DNA from: Elsinoe ampelina
Lineage: Eukaryota
Assembly: GCA_010093995.1 (NCBI GenBank)
Contig: ML992502.1
Coordinates: forward strand, 506,760 to 568,421
Direction: 5' to 3'
DNA length: 61,662 bases
Both the position numbers and the translations under genes were made by a program. The notes below the pieces were generated by a model. It saw only the letters and a program-made list of their open reading frames with translations. It did no database searches and was not told the origin of the DNA. How positions within the stretch are numbered: the first letter of the stretch is position 1; the number at the start of each line of letters is the position of its first letter. Positions 1-10,623 of the stretch are shown here, piece by piece.

Positions 1-3000
1 ACTCCTTTAAGGTTGTTAATTAGCTACTAAGTAAGATTCTCTAGATAGCTCTTCTAGCTTATACGAGTAACTAGCTTCCCTTGTAGTATATATACGTTAA
101 TTACGTCGTCTACCTTATACTCTTCCTTACTGTCGATCTCTACCGGAGGTAGTTCCTTAAAGGCTTAGCCTAGTAGGGGGTTATTCGGGTACTTAGTAAG
201 GAGGTCGGCGTAGAATATAGAGTAAATCCTTTATAGAGTAGCTAGTAGATTAAGCTTATACACTAACGGCAACTGTTTTTCGAGGATCTTATAAGGACCG
301 ATATGCTTTAGTAGTAGCTTCGGATTGCCTTATAGCCGAAGGTTTTTCGTTAATAACTACACTAAATCGCTAGCTTCGAACTCTATTAGCTAGCGGTGTT
401 TATTAGCTTACTCTACTATTCGTGACTAAGCAATAGTAAGGTTAGCTTTAGTAATAGTAAGGGCTTCTTCTAGTTATTTAGTAAGCGCGCGAATTTTAGC
501 CTTATTAAGCTTAGCTCTTGTTAATAGTAAGTCGGTAAGGGGCTAGAAGCTTATTCTTAGCTTATATCCTCTAGTTACCTTAAATAGCGATAGCTTAGTA
601 CTTTCCGAGGGGTTAGCGTTTATAGAGAACTCTATAACTAGTAGAATAAGAGTCTAATTACTAAACTATGTTATATAGGATCGAATAACTCGTTTAAACT
701 CTCGGTTTATAACTTTTAATTAGCCGTCTATTTAAGGGTAGCCGGCGGTAGATAGCTTAGCTATAATCTTTAGGATCTAGTAGAGCCTCTTCTATACGTC
801 ACTAACGAACTAAGGGCTATAGTTAGAGGTGATACTATCTAGTAGGCTATATAATTTCTACACGTAGAAGAATAATAGCTTAGCTGTCTTAAACGTAGAG
901 GTTTCTCCTTCTCCCTAGAGGTAAGGGATTAAGTGTCGCTCCTTAGATAAGCAATCGACAATATATAGTACTACGTTATAGCTATCTACTAGGGGTAGAC
1001 TAGTAACGAAGTCTATAGTAATGTGTTACTAAGGTTTCACCGGAATAGGCAATAGCGATAGAAGGCTAGCTAGTAAGCTATAGTAAGCCTTTAAGCGCTT
1101 ATAGTTGTAATAGTTAGCTACGAACCTCTTAATAAAGTTATTATAGCTCGGGATATAAAAGGTAGTCTTAATTATAGTAGCCGTTTTAGTAGCTCCTCTA
1201 TGTATATAGTCCTTCGATATATAGACTTCTTAGATAACCTTTACGGCTATTAACTACGGCACGAATAGTCGGCTAGCGACCTATAACACCCCTTTATTAA
1301 TAGTAACATCGCTCGACAGTAGCTATTTCCTCTTTAGGAAGGCCTCTATTATATAGTAGATACCTCTAACTGTTTCGCACTTAGCGTCTTATAAGTTAGC
1401 TTTAGCTACTTCTTCGAAAAGGGGTAAAGGTTCTTCCGCGGCTAAGATAGGTACTACGTAGATACCTAGTTCAGCAGCCGAAATAGACGCCGATACAGGT
1501 AGCGAAATAGGAGGCAAAATCGGTAGTAAACTAGATAGCGAACTAGTCCGCGAACTAGATACTAAACTAGATCTTAGTTCGGCTTAGATTAGTAATCTAG
1601 TTCGGATACGACCTAGATTTAGTTCGTCGATAATGCGCTAATCTAGCACCTTGTGTAGTAGTAGCGTCTAGCGTAGATTAGAGTCTTCTCTCGAATATAG
1701 TACGTTTCTATTCCTCCTCGTAAGTGCGTCGGCCTTACTATTAGCAGCGCTAGGCCTATATATAATCTTAAAGTTAAACTACGCGAGGTAGAGGGCCTAA
1801 TATACTTAGCGGCGTAATAGCTTCTAAGTCTTTATAAAGTGTATCAAGGATTAGTAGTCGGTAAGGACGTAGATAGCCTTATCGGATTAAGTACTTATAA
1901 GCTTAGAGGCCTATTCCTCGAAGGCTTAGACAATTGCTAGTAGTTCCTTGTCGTAGATAGCGTAGTTACGTTCGGCTTTATTTATAGATTTACTAAAAAA
2001 GGCAATAGGCTAGAGGATATTAGACTTATTGTATTACGACAGGATTCTAGCGGTAGTAGTGTTAGAGGCGTTAGTCTTAAGGACTATCTACTTCGAGCGA
2101 TCGAAATGTGCAAGAATAGGCGCACTTATAACGGCGTGCTTTATATAGTTAAATACGGTAGTGTACTTATTATTCTATAGTGTAGCGTTCTTCTTAAGGA
2201 GATCGTTTAGTAGCTTAGCGATAGTACTAAATCCCTTAATAAAGCGGCAATAGTAGCTATAGAAACTAATAAAGCTTCTTACCTAAGTAGTATTACTAGG
2301 AGCTAGCTATTTCTAGGCTTATATAGCTTCTATCTTCTTTAGATCTATTTTAACTCTATCTCAGCCAATAATAATACTAAGATACTTTACCTCCGTTAGG
2401 TAGAACTTACTCTTCTTAATATCGGCGTTTAGGCCTAATTCGTAGAGCCTCTAGAGTACTAGCTTAATATACTTAGTATACTCTCGGTAGAAGCCGTTTA
2501 TATAGATAAGAATATTGTCTAGGTAGATCGATATAAAGCGCTCTAGTATATTAACGAAGTTATAATTTATAAACCTCTACTAGACTATAGGGGCATTAGT
2601 AAGGCCGAACGGCATTACTAGCTACTTAAAGTTACCTATGCGTGTAAAGAACGTAGTAAGATCTTTACTATCGACGGAGTTATAGAGGTAGTAGAAGGCT
2701 TAACGGATGTCGATCTTACTAAACTATTTAGCCTTACTTACGCGCGTAAGCGTTTCTTTAATAAGGGGTAGAGGATAGACGTCTCGCTTAGTTACCTCGT
2801 TAAGGCTACAGTAGTTAACGCAGAGATAGAGTCCTCTACCTAGCTTACGAACAAAGAGAATAGGTAAGGAATAGCTAGCGGAACTTAGTGTAATAAAGCC
2901 TTTATTAAGATATTCTTAGATAAATTATTCTACTATGTTAAGTTCTTCTAGCGATAGGCAGCGTAAAGGCTCTATACGTAGTAGCTTAGTACTATCTTTA

Positions 3001-5936
3001 AGTATAATATAGTTATTAAAATCCGGCCGATGCTAAGGGAGCGTATTAGATTGTTCTTTAGAGAAGACGTTAGTAAACTCCTATAACTCCTCTAGGAGGA
3101 CTACTATAGAATCTAGTTCTAGCTCGGAGGCTATCCGGTAGTAGTCTTTAATATTCTTTACTAAGATTATAAATACCTTATTCTCTTAGTATTTAGCTAC
3201 TAATACGAAGGTAGCGGCGCTAATAAAAGTAATAGTTAGCTCTTCTTACTTAGTGTTACTTACGTAGGTAAGTACGTAGAAGAACTTATATATTAACTAA
3301 GTACTATAGGAGATTAGCTTAAACTCTCTCTAATTTAGCTTAAAGTTCGACCTAAGAGCTAGTAGTCGATATAGTCTAGTTCGCCCTATCTTAGTAGCCG
3401 AGCTAGGACCTAGTTTACGTGTTAAACTAGGACTAAACTAATTCTAAACTAAAACGGCAGCTTTGCCGAGCTAGGTTCCTAGATCTAAGCCGGGCTTAGA
3501 TCTAGATTCTAGCCTTTTAATTAGCTATAGTAGCTCCTACTTAACAACTGTCGGCGAAAACTCTTCTTTGTATATAACTCGGCCATACTCGTAGTCGATA
3601 GTGGCCCTATTAGCCTTAAGCTAGCCGAGGCTAAGAATAATATCGAATCGGCCGATATCTATAATACGAAAGATAGTAAGGTTGTTTAGCTTACTAGAAA
3701 CGGTAGTAGTAAGGGGAACGCTATATGTAACTTGCTCTATTAGAACACTATTATAGGCTTAAAGCTAAATAGGACTAGCTAGTGCTATAGGGCAGCTAAA
3801 GCTCTTTAGCTTATTAAGAATGTTGTAATTAACTACGGCGCTAATAAGCGCGCTAGTGTTAATAAAGGCTTAAAGTGTAATAGTGCGTAAGTAGTTATAA
3901 AGGTCGTAAATAGTAATAGGAGTTATAATAGCAGGGATATAGTAGCCGATAACACTATTTAGTAACTATATACCTCCGGATCTATCTCGAATTGCCCTTA
4001 TTCCGCTAGAGAATAGGACTTGTCCTCCGGCTACTTATTTCCCTAGCTAGAGAAACTAGTAGGCTTATAGTCTATTTCGGGGTCGAACTAAGGCTTAACT
4101 AGATCCAGTTCGTAAGCCAAACTAGTATCGACCTAGTTACTTAACTTAGCTAAGCGATCCTAGAGCTACTATATCTCCTCTACGGCGCTAATACGTGCAG
4201 GGCGTATAGTAGCGTAAGCGGCCTTCTCTAAGGCGCTAGCTATACACTTAGTAGAGATATGTCTAGGCTTGCCGCATGCGTAATAGGTAAGTGCTAGAGC
4301 CGGACGGAAAGGCTATAGAGCACCTCCAGCAATAGGGCGGAAGGTAGGTAGAGCTATAGGCGCGAAGGTAGAATAAGGTACGTAAGTAGGTATAGTAGCG
4401 GCGCGGCTTATAGCTAGCATAGAACGTAAAGCCTAAGTGCGCTTAGTAATAAGGTTGTTCTATTAGATGTTATAGTCGGTAGCGTAGGCCTTAGTAATAA
4501 AGGTAGCGAGGTTATTAGTATCGTAGTTAACTAGAGTATCGCGTAGCTCGTTAGATATCTTCTAATAGATCTAGTATAGCTACTTCTCTTTAGCGATCTT
4601 AGCGCAAAGAGCGTACTTATTAAACTCGCTAATAAAGGAGTCAAATGTACTATTACGCTAGAAGAGGTTAGTAAACTAAGTACGTATAGTGGCCCTATAG
4701 TTAGGATCCTCGAAGCGCTAGGCTAGGAGAGTAAGGACCTCTTCGACACTAATAACGTTATTACCGACTAAGTCTATAATAAGGGTATAGACTTCTCTAG
4801 AGAGGTATAAGTATAGATAGGCAAACTAAGTGTCCCTTATAGGGAAACGATCTACGTTAGCGTATATCTTATTCCTTATCTAGTACTTAAAGACCTTAAA
4901 CTACTCCGGTGTACCTATGCTAAAGACGACGAGGTCTAGTATCTTTTCTAATAAGGTAGGGCCGCGTGTAGAAAGGGCTAGTATACTACGCCCTATCTCG
5001 TTTCTTAGTCGGTCTACCTTAGCCTTAAGCTCTTAGATTTTGTCTAGGTAGTAAGTAGCTTAGGTAGTAACGCCGTCGGTATAGGACTAAGATACGTCTA
5101 GTTCGGATTAGAGGTTGCCGAGCTAGGCCTAAGCAGTATCTAACTCGTAGTAATAGTAGAGAGCGTCGGTATAAGCGCCTTTTACCTACGTAGTCTACTT
5201 ATCGTAGGAGGACTTAATATAGTTAAATACGTCTCTTAGTGCCTATATACTATGCTCTTCCTATAGCTTCTTAAGGAGTATAGCGTCGGAGAGGGCAAAA
5301 AGATTATAGTAGAGAGAGTAGATAGGGGCATTATTATTATCGGGGATAGGTTAAGGTAGCTTACTTTAGTAGCGCTCTTCGTCGCTATAGTTAGATTAAG
5401 CTATACTTAGCGTAGTTAGTCGTAAATAGAACAGTATAAAAAGTTAACGCGTAACAAAGAGAATATTAAAATTTTTAGCCGGTAGCCTACTTCCTTTAAG
5501 AGTCGTCTATAACTCGACTTATTACCTTCTTCTTATATCTTTAGGGTTTGCGGTATTAACCTATATAGCAGCAGCGAGGATCTATTATAGTATACGCGGG
5601 AACTGTAGTTGTAATAGCTTCTTCTTCGATTCTTCGTAAGTAGTAGTTGTTAGTAGTTATATAAGTAGTAGGATAACTAGATAGTTTAATAGCTCTGTCG
5701 CTTAGTCGCGGCTTCTTCGAAGTCTCGATATAGTAATTACAACTAGCAAGACAAGAGGTTAATTACGTCTATTCGTTAAGATATCGAGACTTAGAAGAAG
5801 AAGAACAAAAGCTAGTATATAAAGTACGCGTAATATCGAGAGCGGAGCGGCTAGAAGCCTAGGCTACGATGCTAAGATTACGTAACTAATCTAAACTAGA
5901 TCCTAACTAAATCTAGTTCGTATCTATCTCGTATTA
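1..5936 (-). mobile_element. Ty3/gypsy chromovirus copy A, RIP-inactivated, 3' end cut by the window edge
   Basis: Reverse complement of copy B (53756-~59690), differing mostly by C/T and G/A transitions. Degenerate gag zinc knuckle, protease, RT (YLD[D>N]ILIY near 2510-2530), RNase H, integrase and chromodomain start; many TAG/TAA stops. Confidence 0.95.
5734..5936 (-). repeat. 5' LTR of gypsy copy A (203 bp)
   Basis: Matches the LTRs at 6710-6912, 10131-10335, 53756-53958 and 59807-60009. Termini TAAT...ATTA are the RIP form of TGAT...ATCA. Confidence 0.93.
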
Positions 5937-6912
5937 ATTAGACACTTGTTCTACTAGTCGTAGAATTCTCCGCTAATATTAACCTATTAGAGAGTACTAA
6001 GCTATTACTATTCAAGGTTACTAGAGAATATAAGCTAAGGCTAAGCTTCTAGCTCCCTTCTAATGTACTATTAATAAGAGCTAAGCTAAATAAGGTCGAT
6101 ATCTACGCACTTACTAAGCAACTAGAAGAGGCACTAGCTATTACTAAGGCTAACCTCGCTGTCGCCTAGTTATAGATAGTAGAATAAGTAAATAAGTACT
6201 ACTAGCTAATTAAGTTCGAGGCTAGTAATTTAGTTTAGCTATTAACGAAGAATCTCCGGCTATAGGGCAATCTAAAGCTACTACTAAAGTATATTAGTCT
6301 ATATAAGATCCTTAAGAAACAATTACTACTAGTATATAAGCTTAATCTACTAGCTATACTATAGAGGATCTACTTAGTATTCTATACTAACCTCCTTACT
6401 AAGTACCTAAATAACTCTCTACTAGGCTAAGCCTTTAACGAACTACCTCCGGTAGAGGTCGATAGTAAAGAGAAGTATAAGGTAGATAATGTAATTAATA
6501 TATATATACTATAAGGGAAGCTAGTTACTTACGTAAGCTAAAAGAGCTATCTAGAGAATCTTACCTAGTAGCTAATTAATAATCTTAAAGGAGTAGCTAA
6601 CGTACTACGCGATTATCTAGACTATTATATAGATAAGCTAAGGCTAAGATAGATTAATAAATAATATATAATAGCGTTTAAGAGTAAATACGTTTAAGAG
6701 AGAGAGTAGTAATATAAGATAAATACGAACTAGATTTAGTTAGGATCTAGTTTAGATTAGCTATATAATCTTAGTACTATAGCCTAGGCTTCTAGCTACT
6801 CCGCCCTCGATATTATATATACTTTATATACTAGTTCTTCTTCTTTTTCTTCTAAGTCTTAATATCTTAATAAATAGACACAATTAACCTCTTATTTTAC
6901 TAGTTGTAATTA
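5937..6912 (+). mobile_element. Gypsy variant fragment C: integrase C-terminus, chromodomain, PPT and 3' LTR (6710-6912); interrupted by copy A
   Basis: Colinear with 59034-60009 but with synonymous differences and transversions in the integrase part. Purine tract AAGAGAGAGAGTAG precedes a 203-bp LTR. Confidence 0.9.
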
Positions 6913-7364
6913 CCTAGAGATAGAAGGGCAGGAAGAATATATTATTAAACATATCCTTAATAAGAGCTATACTAGCACCCCGAAGGCACTATACTACCTA
7001 GTAAAGTAGCAGGGTTACTCTATAGAAGAAAGTATATAGGAGCTAGCAAAAAACCTTATAAACGCTAAGGAATTACTACACAAATATAAGGTAGCTTAGC
7101 GTAAGTATAGTACTAGCTAAATACTCTAGATATACTTAGGATTAATAAGTTAAAGGTACAAATTTTAAAATAAAGAGTACCTAGGCGTAGCGCTAGGTTA
7201 GCTCGGGGTATTATTAGTATACGTAGGGAGAATACTAGCATAGTAAAAACTATAGAATTATACCGAAGTAAAGGGGGCATAGCGTAGGTGTAGTGCCCTA
7301 GCTCTCCCTATCTTAACTATCTATATTATTCTCCTTAGTCTTATTCTTATTATTCTTCTTAACA
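6913..7364 (+). mobile_element. 3' end of a second chromovirus family: chromodomain and probable ~153-bp LTR (7212-7364)
   Basis: Translates as EIEGQEEYIIKHILNK...LYYLVK*QGYSIEESI*ELAKNLINAKELL, a RIPed chromodomain. Putative LTR TATTAG...TTAACA follows a short G tract; LTR limits are tentative. Confidence 0.7.
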
Positions 7365-9031
7365 CTATTAATACGCCTAGTTAGTGCCTTTATAGTGTTA
7401 TTAATCACCTACGTAGTAGTAGCTTACTTATTCTTAGTAACTACCTATAAGAAAGTTAGTATAGCTTAGGCATTATAGAGGTACACTTCTAGACTTATAT
7501 AATAGGCTAAAGCCTTAAGTATAAAGCTAGTGTTACTAATTATGCCTAAGTATAGCGCCTTTACTAGCTTCTTAGTATTAACTTTAGAGACAATAAGTAT
7601 AGTAATAGCACTATTATAGTATAAAGAAGTTATACTATTACTATTACTCTTATTAACTACCTTACTCTTACTCTTAGTATTAGACTTACTCTACACACGC
7701 TTAGTACTAGCCTTCTCGTAAATATAGTCGATATAGGCGCTAATCTAGTACTTTAGGAGAACAACTTTCTTCTTAGGAGTAGTAGCGCTATTATAGAGCA
7801 GTATATACGTAGTATAGTAGTCGTCTTAGAGCTATTTAGTAATAACTTAATCCTTAGAGTTAAGCTTAGTAGGCTATAAAGGTTAGTATAAAGTAGGTGT
7901 AGTATATACACTAAGTATACTATAAAGTAGTACTTATTACTATAACTATAATAGTTATAATAGGTAGCCTTAGCCTTAGTATTCTAGTAGAGAGGATCCT
8001 TAAGAGAGAGTACACTATTATAGAGCTAGAGGTTCTTATTAATAGCGATAGTATAGTATAAGTATAGTATAGAGTACTAGTCTTAGTTAGTAAAATCGCT
8101 CTTATAGGGTCTATAAGAGGTTAGCGCCGGCGTAGCGTAAGTATAGCACTTAATACTTACTCCTTAGAAGCTTTAGGAGCTATAGTTATTAAAGTGCGTA
8201 AGTATATAGGAGGTAAGCTAGTATAGTACTAAGTTAACAAAGAGTAAAAAATTACTACGTAGGTGCTATACTAGGTTAGTAAGTAAATAAGTAAATAGAT
8301 AAGCCTAATAGCTAGATCTATAATAGTATAGGCTTAGCGTATATACTAAGCCTCCTCTACTAGCCCTTAAGCTAATAAGGCCTAGTCTATACTATATAGT
8401 ACCTAAGAATAGATTACTAGTATAGTATTAGACCTACGTAAGTATAGAGCTAGTGTCGAGTAGAATACTTATATAAAGAAAGTATTATAAAGGAGAGAAG
8501 AAGAAGAGAAGAAGAAGAGAAGAATATATATCTAGCTCTAAGCTAAGCCTAATCTAGAGAATAATAGGTAGTAGTATATAATAATAGGTAGATCTTTATA
8601 TATAAAGATAATAATGTAAGAAGCGCTATATTCTACATGTAAAGAATTATACTATTGTTACTATATCTATTATATAAAAAATGATATAGGCTAGTATAAG
8701 CGCGCTATACGCGCGTAGAGTATACTATACCTAGGGGACACTAGCGAGATACTCTTTCCTAGTTTTCTTCTATACTAGGTTTTCTAGGTTTTATCGAGGC
8801 TCGAGAGTATACTCTCTAGAGAGAGAAAATAATTATAAGAACTAACACAGTAAGTGTGCTATACTAGCTTACTCTAGAGATACTATTCTCTATAGGAGAA
8901 TAAAACACTTCTTACCCCTAGAATAGATAGAGTAGAGATTAGTCTTATATTAATCGAGAGTAAACTAGTATAATACCTACTCTATACCTATATACTTATC
9001 TTTCTAGCTCTAATATTCTACCTTTGTTATA
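7365..9031. mobile_element. Unclassified RIP-degraded repeat
   Basis: TpA-rich and CpA/TpG-depleted, no open ORF. Contains a purine (GAA-type) tract near 8490-8525 and short internal palindromes at 8700-8920. Confidence 0.5.
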
Positions 9032-10335
9032 TTGTTCTTTATCTAGTGTTTAAAAACCTTAAACTGTTCTAGAGTACTACTAGAGAAGATAGTAGAGTCT
9101 AGTATCTTTTTAGACAATATAGTACTATAGGTAGAGGGAGCTAGTATAGTGTATTCTATCTTAGCTCTTAGCTAGGCTAGTTCGGCCTTAAGTTTACTAA
9201 TGTCTATAAGATAGTATATAGTTTAGATAGTAAGATTATTAGTAGTGCTATTAGTAGTATCTAGCTCTATTAGGACGTTATCTAACTAGTTATATAGATT
9301 AAGAGCGTTAGTATAGGCTAAGTTATATATAGTAACCTATTTATCGTAGGTGGACTTAATAAAGGTAAAGGCCTTATATAGAGTAGTTATACTATCTATC
9401 TATTATAGCCTCTTCTTAAGGTTAGTGTTGCTAAGGCGAATAAGGTTATAATAGGCTAGGGTGGTTTTTAGGTACCTAATGCAACCTAACTAGACCCTAG
9501 ATTTAGCCTAATAGAGTTATATTACCCTATAAAAATTTCGCTTCACTTTCGCGTTTCTTGTGATTTACCGCGTTAATCTCGGCTAAATCACGAGAAACGC
9601 GAAAGTAAAGCGAAATTTTTACAGGGTAATATAACTCTATTAGGCTAAATCCAGAGTCTAGTTAAGTTACATTAGGTACCTAAAAACTACTCTATTAAAT
9701 AGGCTAATTAGACTAGTTTATTATTATTATCGGTAGAGAGTAGAGGAATCTTACTTATATAGTAATTGTCTTTACTATAGTTAGAGTAAGCTATACTTAG
9801 CATAGTTAGTCATAAATAAACAGTGTAAAAAGTCAACGCGTAATAAAGGAGATATTAAAAATTTTAGCTAGTAGCCTACTTCCTTTAAGAGTTGTCTATA
9901 ACTTAACTTATTACCTTCTTCTTATATCTTTAAGGTTTATAGTATTAACCTATATAGTAGTAGTAAGGATCTATTATAGTATACGTAAGAACTATAGTTA
10001 TAATAGCTTCTTCTTCGATTCTTTAGTTCTTTATAAGTAGTAGTTATTAGTAGTTACATAAGTAGTAGAATAACTAGATAATTTAATAGCTCTATTACTT
10101 AGTTATAGTTGTTTTAAAGTCTCGATATAGTAATTACAACTAGTAAGACAAGAGGTTAATTATGTCTATTTATTAAGATATCGAGACTTAGAAGAAGAAG
10201 AAGAAAAGCTAGTATATAAAGCACACGTAATATCGAGGGTAGAGTAGCTAGAAGCCTAGGCTATAATGCTAAGATTATATAACTAATTCCTAAACTAGAT
10301 CCTAACTAAATCTAGTTCGTATCTATCTTGTATTA
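9032..10335 (-). mobile_element. Gypsy variant fragment D: 5' LTR (10131-10335), 5' UTR and gag N-terminus, interrupted by a foldback MITE
   Basis: LTR and UTR are nearly identical to copies A and B. Gag reads ..IKSTYDK..KILDSTIFSSSTLEQFKVFKH*IKN, homologous to but diverged from copy B gag. Confidence 0.85.
9457..9694. mobile_element. Foldback (almost fully palindromic) MITE, 238 bp
   Basis: Arms of ~110 bp (TAGGGTGGTTTTTAGGTACCTAATG... / ...CATTAGGTACCTAAAAACTACTCTA) differ by transitions, with a short central loop. AATAGGC occurs on both flanks as an imperfect TSD. Confidence 0.85.
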
Positions 10336-10526
10336 TATTACGATATACGTAGCTTTAATATAAGGCTTTAATAGAGTTAAAGAAAGTATATTTTATAAAT
10401 AATAAAGTATAATTAGAAAGTATTATAAAGACTAGCCTTAGTAATACTAGTATTTACTATCTAGATAAGATTAACTATAGTACTTATAGAAGATAAGAAC
10501 TATTCTTATATATATATATTCTTATT

Positions 10527-10623
10527 TATATACTCTATATACTCTATATACTCTATATACTCTATATACTCTATATACTCTATATACTCTATATACTCTA
10601 TATACTCTATATACTCTATATAC
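10527..10623 (+). repeat. 9-bp tandem repeat (TATATACTC), ~11 units, continuing for ~2 units at 15877-15896
   Basis: Direct reading; the array is split by the copia-1 insertion. Confidence 0.95.

Noticed and set aside
8690..8720. Helitron-like 3' end (GCGCG hairpin plus CTAG on the minus strand)
   Set aside because: CTAG is ubiquitous in RIPed DNA, the following base is not T, and no Rep/helicase relic is visible.
10527..10623. CRISPR-like or telomeric array
   Set aside because: Spacer-less 9-bp tandem repeat in a eukaryote; the unit is not TTAGGG-like.
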